NCBI GenBank assembly: GCA_958009085.1
Contig: OY253672.1
Span: 496,001-560,000, forward strand
Source: Protoeuglena noctilucae
Taxonomy: Eukaryota
Direction: 5' to 3'
DNA: 64,000 bases
The notes beneath the pieces were generated by a model, which was not told the DNA's origin, ran no database searches, and saw nothing but the letters and a program-made list of their open reading frames with translations. Made by a program: the position numbers and the translations under genes. Shown here one piece after another: positions 1 through 11,471 of this stretch (position 1 is its first letter; each line of letters opens with the position of its first letter).

Positions 1-1596
1 GGACGCCTCGCGGTGTTGGGAGATCGTGGACCGCCTGGGCGTGACCCTCTTTTACACGGCGCCCACGGCCATCCGAACACTGGAGGGGCTGGGCAGCAAG
101 TGGCTCGAGGGGTCCAGGTGTGATGCAGAGGCCAGGACACGATGTTTTCAGTCTATTGTGCGAGTGCTCGGCGCGCGGGCTGCTGCAGCGAGCGTGGCAA
201 GGCACGCGGTCTGCGAGTAACAAAACATCTGCTTTTTGTCACGCAGCCGCAAGTCCCTGCGGGTGCTCGGCTCCGTCGGGGAGCCCATCAACCCGGAGGC
301 GTGGCGGTGGTACCACGACGTGGTGGGGAACGGCCAGTGCGACATCGTCGACACCTACTGGCAGACCGAGACGGGGTCGCACGTCATCACGCCACTCCCC
401 GGCGCGTGGCAGCAGAAGCCGGGATGCGCCACGCTGGTGAGAACGTGCTTAAAAAGGGACTTGAAGTGCCCGTGCGCCGCAGGGCGTCGTTCGCTGCCGC
501 AGCACGCCGGCCGAGCGCAGGGTGGCTGACATCAAGCCCGGACCCCTCTGCGCCCCGTTCCGCAGCCCTTCTTCGGCGTAGAGCCCGCGGTGATCGACCC
601 GCAGACGGGCCGCGAGATCGAGGGGCCCGGGGAGGGCTTCCTGTGTTTCAAGCGCCCGCACCCAAGCATGATGCGCACGCTGGCGGGCGACCACGAGCGA
701 TTCGAGGCGACCTACTTCAGCCAGTGCAAGGTGAATGCGCGGAACGCCATCTTTGCGTTAATCGCAGCCAGCTCCTGCCCGGGCGCAACATGACGCACAC
801 CATGATCCCCAGGGTTACTACTTCACGGGCGACGGTTGCCGCCGTGACGAGGACGGCTTCTACTGGATCACCGGCCGCGTCGACGACGTGATCAACGTCT
901 CCGGGCACCGCATCGGGACGGCGGAGGTCGAGGCGGCGCTGAACGAGCACCCCTTGGTGGCCGAGTCGGCGGTCGTGCCGATGGAGCACCCGGTGAGGCG
1001 GCGATTTTGTGCAAGCGAAACATATCATGACGCGATCATCGACTCGCGCGGGGGCTGCCATGCGCTGTCGCACCGGACTTGAGCGCTGGGTTATCTTTGC
1101 TAAGTGTGGTCGGTGTAACCCTAAGCGTAACCCACGATGCGCACCTTGGTGTCTCTCGTGCAGGTCAAGGGCCAGGGCATCTACGCGTACGTGACGCTGA
1201 TGGCCGGGAACGAGTACCCCGGTCCCGAGACGGTGAAGAAGGAGCTGGTGGCGCTGGTGCGGAAGGTGATTGGGCCGATCGCCACGCCCGACGTCGTCCA
1301 TTGGGCGCCCGGGCTGCCCAAGACGCGGTCGGGGAAGATCATGCGGCGCGTGCTGCGGAAGATCGCGAGCAAGGAGGAGGACCAGCTGGTGAGCGACGGC
1401 TTTGCACCGGGGCGCGGAGTGATGTGGCGGGAGAGCGGGGAGCATTGCGGTGTGATACGACCGCTCGGCAGGACTGCCGAGCCGCGCCGGTGTGCGATGC
1501 GACTTGCGTCTTATTTTGCTCTCATCGCAGGGGGATACGTCGACCTTGGCGGACCCGTCGGTCGTCCAGCAGCTCATCGAGCTGCGCGGTAAGTGA
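1..1596 (+). CDS. ACS: Acetyl-CoA synthetase, 5'-truncated by window edge; six exons (~1-117, 247-436, 566-730, 813-992, 1164-1388, 1531-1596)
   Basis: Spliced motifs [83 protein letters not shown] introns in phase; TGA at 1594-1596. Confidence 0.97.
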
Positions 1597-1846
1597 TGCG
1601 GGCCTTCAGCGCGCGTATGATCCTTGGGATGAACGAGAGACGTTGCCGTCGATATCTAATGCATGTGTTATGCAGGTCCGAATGCGTGTGTGCCCTCTTT
1701 GTCGATGCGTTTTCCTCAAAGCCCGCGGGCGTGCCGCAGCGCGTGCCAGACCTTTTGTCTCTCGCCGTAACGGCTTGCGCGGTCCGTGGCTTGGCAATGA
1801 AAGAGCGTTTCTGCCGAGACGGCGGGACAGGCTGCGCGGGGCAGGG

Positions 1847-4800
1847 ATGGGGAGCCGGAAGATCGTCACCGACGCGGCGGCAAAGCTGCTGAGGCTGCCC
1901 TCAGCGGAGCTGTTCGCCAAGGTGGGGCGGGGATTACTCTCTTGTGTTAACTAAAGTCAAGCCACTCGGCCGTGCCCGGTATCGTCGGCGTTTAGCCGAA
2001 GAGTCAACATCGCGGTGACCCGGGCACCTTGCGAGGCCGTCGGGAGCCCGATGGCCCTTGGTTGGCTCGCCGAAGGGATGTACCATTTCAAACATCAATT
2101 AAGCATGCCCGGGATGTCGCGACTGGCGATCCTTGCTGCGGAAGCGACAGGTGGCCTCGGCTCGTGCGCCGGGGTCCTTCGCGCCGCGGTGCGGCCCGCC
2201 ATCGTCGCGGCGTGGGATTTATGGGCTGCGTACTGACGCCACTTTCCGCTGCCAACGATTGCCGGGCGTCGGCGTCCTCCGCACCGTGCATCGAAGGCTG
2301 CAAAGTGCCGAGCATGCCACCGACTGCCGGGTCGCGCCGGGGGCTCCCCGGCCCGCTGCTCGCCGTATATACCTCCGATCCGTTCTTTGCTGTCTCGCTG
2401 CTGCGGCCGTCTTCCCTAACGGCCTTTCGTGGCCGAGGGTGGGCCCTTGCGTGTTCGAGCGGCCTTTGGTTCCCCGCGCTCGCGGCACCTCTTTGCGTGC
2501 CCGCGTCCCCCGCAGTATGCGTCCACGGGGGCCAAGAAAGTCATGGAAACCCGGGACCTCGCGCGCCTGTTCGCGGACTGCGGCATCGCCGTGGCCGGGG
2601 GCGACTTCGACGACGAATTTCGCCTCGCGGATTTGAAGGGCGACGGCGTGCTGACGCTGGACGAGTTCGCCGTGTACCACTACGGGGTGCTGCGGACGCA
2701 GGCCGGCCTGCTTGCGGGGCTGGAGAGCGTCTTCAAGGCATACATCGCGTTTGGCGGCAAGCCCGACCTCTTCATGGACGCGCGGGCCCTGGTGAGCTGC
2801 GAACGAGAAAAAAGAAACGCCTTTTCGCATATTTGATGCAATACCGCGATTCCTGGAGCACCGAGGGTGCTGTTTTGCATTGCGCAAAGAGCATCGACGT
2901 TGCACGTTCCTCCCCTCTCTCTCGCGTGCACCGCAGGCGCACCTGTGCAAGGACGCGAAGTTGATCGGGGACGGTCTGCGCCTGGGAGACGTGGACGTGA
3001 TCCACTCCAAGGTCAAGACCAAGGGGGAGCGCAAGGTGTCGTTTGAGCAGTTCGTCTACGCCCTGGCGCTGGTGGCAGAAGCACGGGTGAGCGGGGGGCA
3101 TGCATGCCGCATGCAGAGGTGTCTCAGCACTGGTGACCACCGCAGTCAGTCCTGCATGCGATTCTTGTTCCCCATCTCTACCACCACCCATCGTGCTCTG
3201 CCCCACTTGCAATCCGCACCATGTATATCGATATGCCACCCCACATATCGCGCTCCGCCATTCTCCCAGAGCGAGACATTAGACCAGGTGGTGGCTTCCG
3301 TGGTCAAGTCCGGTCCCCCAAAGGGCCACGGCACCACGGAGACCGACAAAGTGCGACTGCACGACGACAAGGATGCGTACACGTGGGTGTACAAGCGGGG
3401 AGGGTCGGCGAAAGTGGACGGGCCGGCATTGGTTAACGCGGGGCAGGCGTCTATCAAGGGAAGGCAGGAGGGCGATGGGAGGGGGGCGGACCGGGGTGCG
3501 CGGGCAATGGGGGCGGGGGCGGGTGGTGATGCGGGGAGGGGGCAGGGGCTGTCGCGGCAGGGGTCTTTGGCGAGGCGGGACAGCCTGACGGAGAGCACGG
3601 GTGAGGGGAAGGGTGGGATGGGATGAGATGTGACGGAGATGGGGGATGTGAGATGGAGAGGGTGACTACAGTGGTACCGTTCACGCCAAACCCAACCCTT
3701 TTACCCCCCTCCACCCCCCCCCAGGCAGCGTGGGCGAGGAGGAGGTGGCCGCGATGCTGGAGAAGGCGTCTCTGCGCCGCGTGAACGAGGCGATTTCGAC
3801 CAAAGAGGACCTTCCCTCTCAGGGGGAGATCCGCGTGGAGCTGACGCCCACGGGGGACATGGACACGGACCTGAGGAACGTGTTTGAGGTGATTGTGTGT
3901 GGGAGTAATATAGTAATAGAGTGATATGTGGAGTGATTGGGTGATGGAGTGATGCTGGGACATGGACACGGACCTGAGGAACGTGTTTGAGGTCAGATGG
4001 AGTGTGACTGGTAGAGTAATTGAGTGATTGAGTAATGGAGTAGTTGAGTGACAGGGTGATGGTGAGACATGGACACGGACCTGCGCCACAACACACTCTC
4101 CCTCCCCACCCTCACGTTAGGCCCACAACGTCCTCAACAACCCAGCATCCCTCACACCTCTTCCCCCCCCCCCACCCCACCCCAGGCCTACAACATCTTT
4201 GACGGCGGCGACCCCGACACCATGTCCGGCCGCGCCTTCGTGAAGATCTTCCGCGATCGCAACATGGTGCAGCGCAACAAGGGCATGACCACACAGTACC
4301 TGGATTTGCTGTTTGCTAAGATGAAGCCCAAGGCACAGAAGAGGATGGGGTTCAGGGACTTCAAGGCAGCTTTGGAGAAGATCGCCACGGAGCACAAGCA
4401 GGCGAGTGGAGATGGGGTGGGGATGGGTGGGTGTGTGTGAGTGAGTGGGTGTGTGTATGGGTGTGTAAACAGGTCGCCATTCGCCCACCTCATCACCCAT
4501 CTCACATCCCATCTCTCATTCACCTCCCACCCCCCCCCAGATGGGCATGGCCGAGTTCGCCCACCTCATCATCCAGGGCGGCGGCCCCACGGCCCGGGGC
4601 ACCATCCCCGACGACGTCCGGCACCACGACGAGGCCGTGTACAGCGCCATCGGGGGACGTGCGCCCTTCGAGTCCTCACAGCGACCCGAGTCCACCTATT
4701 CCGCCAACAGCGCGGTCGGGTCCGTCACGCGCGGCAACGCGGCCGCTTCCCCATCGGTGGATAACTCCAATGTAAATATGAATGCGAGCTCCCCCGATCG

Positions 4801-5774
4801 GTCGAGCGCGGTGTCGATGCGGCGGTCGGTGGGGGGTGGGGTGGCGGCGAGTGTGGATGTGGCAGAGATGGCGGTGCGGGAGGCGGTGCCGACGGAGCAG
4901 CGGCAGTGGGGGGAGGGGCCCAAGAGGCTCTACCAGCTGTTCCAGGTAAGATGGATGGGATGAGAGGGAGTGATATGGATGTGTGAGGTGTTGGATGTGA
5001 ATGGGAGTAAAAGCAAAGTGCAGGCAGGGCAGCCGTGACGGCCCCGCATCTCCCCGCCCAACATCCCCGCTTCCCTCACCACGTCCCTGCAACCCTTTCC
5101 ATAAGATCTCATCCCCAACCCCGCGATTCGAACCCCCGACCTCCCCCGCCCCTCACCCCCAGGACTACAACCTCTTCGGCGGCCGTGGCGACGCGCTGAA
5201 CATGGACGGCCGCGGCTTTGTGAAGCTGTGCAAGGAGAAGGGGCTGCTGATCAGGCCGCTGACGGTGACCGATGCCGACATGGTGTTTGCGGCCGTGCGC
5301 AAGGCGCCCAGAAAGACCATATCGTTTAATGAGTTCTGTGTGGCCATCGCCAAGCTGGTGGAGAGGTCGCAGGTGAGGGGTGGGGTGGCAGTGGGGGTGG
5401 GAGTTGGGGTGGGAGAGGGGGTGGCGGTGAGGGTGGCAGTGGGGGTGAAGGTGGGGGTGGTGATGAGGGTGGTAGTGCGCTTCCCAGCGTGTTTGCAAAC
5501 GCGCATCGCAGTGCACCACCTGTTGTACTACACCCATGCCCGCCCCTGTGCAACCACAACTGCCAAACAGTCAAATCCCTTCCATCTCTCCCCCCACCCC
5601 CAGGGCTCCCTGCCGTCGTTTGCCAAGGTGATGCTCGCGCTTGGCAAGATGGGAGGGCCCGAGTCAACGGGCACTGTGGGTGAGCCCACCAAGCTGTATG
5701 ATAACAAGGAGATGTGGACGGGGGTGGCGCTGAGGGGCGGCCCGTCGACCGTTGGTAGCGGGAATGCCTTCTGA
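1847..5774 (+). CDS. Multidomain TPPP-like protein: N-terminal EF-hand region plus three p25-alpha domains
   Basis: EF loop DLKGDGVLTLDEF; three p25-alpha units (LCKDAKLIG..DVDVIHSKVK..LHDDKDAYT; FVKIFRD..LDLLFAKMK..VRHHDE; FVKLCKEKGLL..DADMVFAAV..KLYDNKEMWTGV..GGPSTV). Exon 1 1847-1921 splices in phase to 2516; start codon less certain. Confidence 0.85.
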
Positions 5775-6399
5775 GGTAGTAACTGGTGATACCTTGGGCC
5801 GGCCATGATGAGGGAGATGGGGGCGTTGGTGGCGTAAGGGGCGAAGGCGTTTGAGTGTTGGCAGCGGCGATGCTTTCTGAGGTGATCGTACCTTGGGGAC
5901 AATGAAAAACGTGCTGTGATCCGCACAGGGCTGCGTTGGCATATGCCTTTATAGTAGAACAACCGGTGTCTGTTCCCCGTGCATAGCTGACGCCCGACAC
6001 TTCTGCTAGGTCAGCTGTCAGCGATGGTAGCTAGTGCCGATAAAAGCTAGGGTCGGCCAAGCCCTTTTAGTTTCCGCCAAGGGCCAATCCGGGGTGCATG
6101 CTTGCGTGTTTGCTTTGTGCGAAAGAGAGTGCTGGGTGCATCGTGCTGTGCCGACCTTTGCATAACTGCCGCCCGTACTAGCATTGGTGACTCTTTACAA
6201 AACATGGAGAGACGTATGAATCGTGATGCTCGTGACTCATCACCGTCAGCTTCATCCTCGGTTAGCGCAAGCGCTGCCCCCACCCCGCTCAGCCCCGCAC
6301 CACCACCACCGCTCCCCTCCACTGCTCCGCTGTCGCTCTCTTCACCACTCCGCTCTTGCTCTCTCACCCACCGCAACAGCTCCCTCTCGCTTTAATCAT

Positions 6400-9300
6400 T
6401 CATCTCGTCAGTTTCATCCCCGGGTAGTGCGGGTGCAGCCCCCAGTCCCACCCCACCGTCATCGCCTTAGCAGCATCGCCCAGCTTTGCCAGCAGAGAGA
6501 CGGCGGTGATGTTCTGGGCAGCCACGCGCTGCAACTGCTGCACCTCGGACAGAGTGCGGGGGCTGGGGGGGAGGGGGGAGGGTGGGGGTGTGAGGGGTGT
6601 GAGGGGTAGTGGGGCCGGTGCAAGTGACATCAGACAACTTACACAATCACTCACACATCCCATCCCGCCCTCCCAGCCCCGTCCCTGTTCTCCAAACCCC
6701 CCCCCCTCCCATCCACACCGTCACAGCTACACCTCACACCCCACCCCACACACACCACCCCCACCGCACACACCACACACAACCCCATCTTCCGCAGCCC
6801 CCACCCCCCCCACCTGGCATCCCCAAAGTCTGGGTTCTTGAATACCCCCGCCAGCCTGGGTGCCGTCAGAAACGACTCGCATGTCAGCCCCGCCATGTGT
6901 TGGCTAGTAACGCCCGTCATGTCCACTGATGCGACATACTGGTCGAAGGTGAGGGGGTCGGGTCTGGGGCTATGGGAAAGAAGGTATTATTATAATGATT
7001 ATATTTAAATATCTGTAATAGTATAATTATAGACGACAGAGGGTGCAGTTGCTGGTCGAAGGTGAGGGGGTCCGGCCTGGGGATATGGATGGGAAGGAGT
7101 GTAATATTGTAATTGCATTTGTATTTCTGTGTTAGTGTATCTATGGACAAGAGAGGGTGGAGGCCAGTGGATGGACTAGAGAACAACACATAGCAATCCA
7201 TGGTTCAAGACAATCAGACAATCCACTTCTACCATTCGCATCCCATCCCCACCCTCGCCTGCTGAGCACGTGGAATGCCGCGAATCTCTGATTGAACCAC
7301 TCCTCTTCGCCATTGAATGGGCCGGGGGGTATCGCCATGCCGTCACACACCGTCAGAAGCGCCACCAGGCGGAGCAAGCCCTGGGGGGGTTGTTGGAGAG
7401 GGGGGGTGTATGTTGTGATGGATTATGTCGTAGTAACATACAGTCATTTGATTCGAAACATCTACGGTTCATGGATGTTTGATACCCTTCTCGGCATGGC
7501 CACGCTTGCTGCCATCCGCACCCCCACTGCCACCCTCCCAGCCACCCCCACCCCTACCCCCACTGCCACCCCCCCACACCCTCACCCCAACACCCCCACT
7601 CCTACCCCTCACCTGCGCCAGGCACTTCCTGAGCTCCGTCATCGCCACCAGCCGCAGCGTCTCCGGGGCATAGGGCGCCCCCCTCGGGATTCGAACCCCC
7701 GCCAGCCGCGGCAGTGCCCGGGCGTTGTCCAATGCGCGCGTGTTCTGAAGCACCACGCCGAGGAGGAAATCCAGGTACCTGGGTGGGGATAAGGGATAAT
7801 AGGGTAGTAATAGAATAGCGCTAGTGAGGGGTGCAACACGACCCCCAGCAGGAAGTCCAGGTACCTGCAAGGGAGAACAGGGCGATGATGGTACTAGTAC
7901 TAATGAGGCAGCGACCATCTCCTCCTCCATCATCCATGCTCATCCAGCTGCAAAGCTGTGTTGCACCCTCACCCCACTCACTAGCAGCCCCGTCCCTCTC
8001 ATTCACTTTTACTCACCAACCACTCACATCACCCACTCTCCCACTCACCAGTATGTCATCCTCAGCTGTGTTGGCTTGACCAACTCAATTCCTCTCAATC
8101 ACTCTAACTCACTATTACAGCTGTTCCCACACTCACCAGTACGTCATCCTGAGCTGTGTTGGCTTGACCAATTCGACCTCCACCCCCGTGGTGACGTGAC
8201 AGGCCATCGCCATCGCACACTCCCGCTCCACCCAGCACGCGAGCATACCGTGGCTGCCGTTGCCGTCGTAGTCCCAATCCACGTTGCGGTCGCGGAGGAG
8301 GGAGAGGAAGGGGGGGCTGGGGGGGTGTGGGGGAGGTGAGTGTGGGTGAGGGAGGGAGTGGGTGGGTGTAGGTGTGGGTGCGGGAGTGAGAAGCGGGGTT
8401 CGCCATGCACAGCTCCCTTCACTGTCATGCCACGTCACTGCCCCAGCACCCCTCACCTCTGCTCTACTGTTGTTCATATCTACCACCCCTCACCTCTGCT
8501 CTGCTTCCACTGCTTTCAAATAAAGCTCCCCCCAGTCGCTGAGGTAGGCCCTGAGCTTGCGGTGGCGCCAGGTGCGCTCCAGGCACATGATCTGGACCCA
8601 CGTGGTCTGTGAGAATAGATGCGGTGGTAGTTATCATAATAACTATTCTGTACCGATACATCATCAATAGCTAAATATACACCAATCCGCACGTCATGGT
8701 CTAGCAGCCCACCCCCTCACCTCTCATGCCACATCCAACCCCACCGCATTCCCCCACCATCCCCCTCACCAGTGCCTTCTCCGCAAACTCCAAAAAATCC
8801 CCGTATGCCCGGCACTCGCTGGCCACCCTGGCAGGCACGCCCCAGTGAGCGCTGAGGAAGGCGCCATCCACACGCATGGGCCGGGGGCCGTGCTTCTTGG
8901 AGCCGAGGAGAAGGGAGCCGGCGCCTGGGGATAGGGGGAGGAGAAGGGGGGTGTGCAGTGGTAGTGCGGGCGTGTGACGGTTATGGGGTGGTGAGAGGAT
9001 GGGGGGGGTGGCGGTTGTGTGGTATGGGTGGCGCGTGCGAGGGTGTGGGGGAGGGTGAGATGATAGTATCAGTATTAAGCAGTTCTGCCAGGCAGCGTTG
9101 AGCAGCAAGCACAGCCAATACACCGCCGCATGCCACCCACCCCACCCCACCCCAACACTCACCGTCCACCCCACCCACCCACCCCACCCCACCCCACCCC
9201 ACCCCACCCCACCCCAACACTCACCGTCCACCCCGTAGCACGTGTGCAGGTGGAAGAGCGTCCTGGGCACCAGCGACGGCGATGCGTGGGCCCATTCATA

Positions 9301-11084
9301 CAGCAAGTCCCTCAGGACACCCCACTGCCCCGGCGACACCCCCGCCAGCTCACACACCATGCCCAAATGCTCCACCAATCCGCCCCATAAGGCAACGGTG
9401 TCGCGCCAATTGAGGATTTCGACGACGCGAGGGATGGGGAGCCGCCAGCGAGGCACCAACTCCGGCAGAGTGCCCAAGTCCGTGTCATCCCGACATGCAC
9501 TCGCACTGGCACTCGCACTCGCAACCCCACTTGTACCTGCACCCACACCCGCACCCGCACCTCCCCTGTTCTCCACCCCTCGCCCCCCCCCGCCCTCCCC
9601 ACCCCCCTTCCCACCCCCGCCCTTCCCGCTCCCCCCCGCCCGCTCCCTCTCCGCCCTCAGCTCAACCAACGACGCCTCCCATTTCTTAAATGCCTCAACA
9701 GCACTCGTCAGTGGTTTCCTTGCTTTCTCCAGTCCGTCCTTGGTGCAATGCTCCATGCATTCCAGCGCCTTGGCTGTCTCTGCCACCATTGCCAGTCGGC
9801 AAAGCATCGCCTGACTGAGGCAGTCGGCTGTGGGGGCGTCCGGTGCGGGGCTGCGAGTGCCCATGCCCTGGTGCGCGCGCAGGAGTCTCTTGGCTCGATC
9901 GCAGCACTCGTCTGCTTGGGTGGGGGACACGAGAGGGACGGACGCCACCTGTGGGGGGCACGAGCGGGGGTTGGTGAGGGTGGGTGAGGGTGAGGTGGTA
10001 GTGAGGGTTGAGGTGGGGTAGGTGGGTGGGTGGTGGTAAGGTGGTGAGGAGGGCAGAGATGAGGTGAGCCATGGAGTTGGGAGGGAAGGGGGTGTGTGGG
10101 TGAGGTGGTTGTGAGGGAGGAGGTGCGAGCGATACGCGTTGCAAGCAGCTCTGGTCCTCATCATCGGTGACAAGACATCAGCAACCCGCAACCACGCGCC
10201 TTGGTCTGCGTGATGGGGAATTCATCATCCATGATGACCTTGGAAGCCTCCGCCACGCGAAGCACCGCGTTGCAGAGCCGAGCGGCGTTGGCGCAAAACG
10301 CTTCGAGGGCAGGGATGGCCGAGAGGGCGGGGCTGCGAGGGAAGGGTGTGATTTGGTGAAGTATTTGTTATAGTCGATTCCGCGCCGCTGTATCGGGTGC
10401 GGGCGCGGCTCGCCGGCGCTGCGCGGGAGGGGCGATGAGGGGCGCGCACCTGCCGGCCTGCATGAGGTACAGCGACGTGCACACGGTCTGCGCCTGCATT
10501 TGCCCGGACATGTACGTTGCCAGCCGCGCCAGGATGCCGTCCATCACAGCGACCACTTGCGAGGGAGTCTGCGGCGTGGGTCGGAAGTACGCAGTCCACA
10601 GCCGCGGGCGCGCGCGGGCTCCCGCGGATCCCTTCCACGATAATGTATGTAGTTCCCCTAACTATCTCCGTGTCCGCGCGCTCACCAGAGCCATCGGCGC
10701 CCTCTCGGCCTGCAAATGCTCCTCCACGGTCATGAGCCGCACCGACGACGTGCCCACGTCCATCTTCGGGTGCCCGATCTCAATCGCGGTCATCGCCGCA
10801 AAGGGACTGTAGTCCGCCACATGGACGAGGTCATTTCGGCCCAGCTTGCTGCGCGGGGGGCCGCGGGGCTTCCGTGGGCCGCCGGTCCCGCTGTGAACCC
10901 GCGCCCTCGAGCGCCCAGCGACCGCCAGGGCGGTTGCACCGCCATGACAGCAAGCTTGGAATGAACATATGCGCTCGGTTTGAATTGCAGACACATTGGC
11001 TTGTCCGCAGGGCACGCGCCTGCATGCTCGATCCAATTCCTCGGTGATGTCCACCCACTTCGTCTCAGCGCTGGCTTTGTCCAT
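6400..11084 (-). CDS. NAA35: N-alpha-acetyltransferase 35, NatC auxiliary subunit (MAK10)
   Basis: WVDITEEL, FAAMTAIEIGHPKMDVG, GQMQAQTVCTSLYL, FNQRFAAF and a C-terminal HPHYP segment; multi-exon; TGA at 6400-6402. Confidence 0.9.
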
Positions 11085-11471
11085 GCTTATGCGATGAAGT
11101 GCAACCAGAGCTATTCCGCAAATTGTCTTGCAGGCTTACGCGGCCTGCGCTTGCCCACGGCACCAACAGCAAGAGATCGGCCCGTTGATCCACCTGCCCG
11201 GCAGACGCAGGCATGACCGATGCCGCGACAGCTGCGGCCGGGGAGGGGAAAACGAGGAGAACCTGCCGCAAGCGCCGTGCCAGGGAAACCTGGGAAACCC
11301 TTTCAAGGGCGCCGGCAGCGCAGGTGTCCCGCAGCAACTTCGAGCTTTTAGCTAAGTGCCTCGCCCATGAGCGCACACGGCTAGGGCGGGAGAGGGTGTC
11401 GGCGTGCCCCTCGGCCGAGCGCGGGCCTTGTGACGTGGCGACGCCTCGTGCGAGCGACGCGGTCTGGCGAG

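Noticed and set aside
1922..2515. Possible ncRNA or nested gene in the long first TPPP intron
   Set aside because: No convincing snoRNA boxes, tRNA fold or coding motif seen; an Rfam scan would be needed
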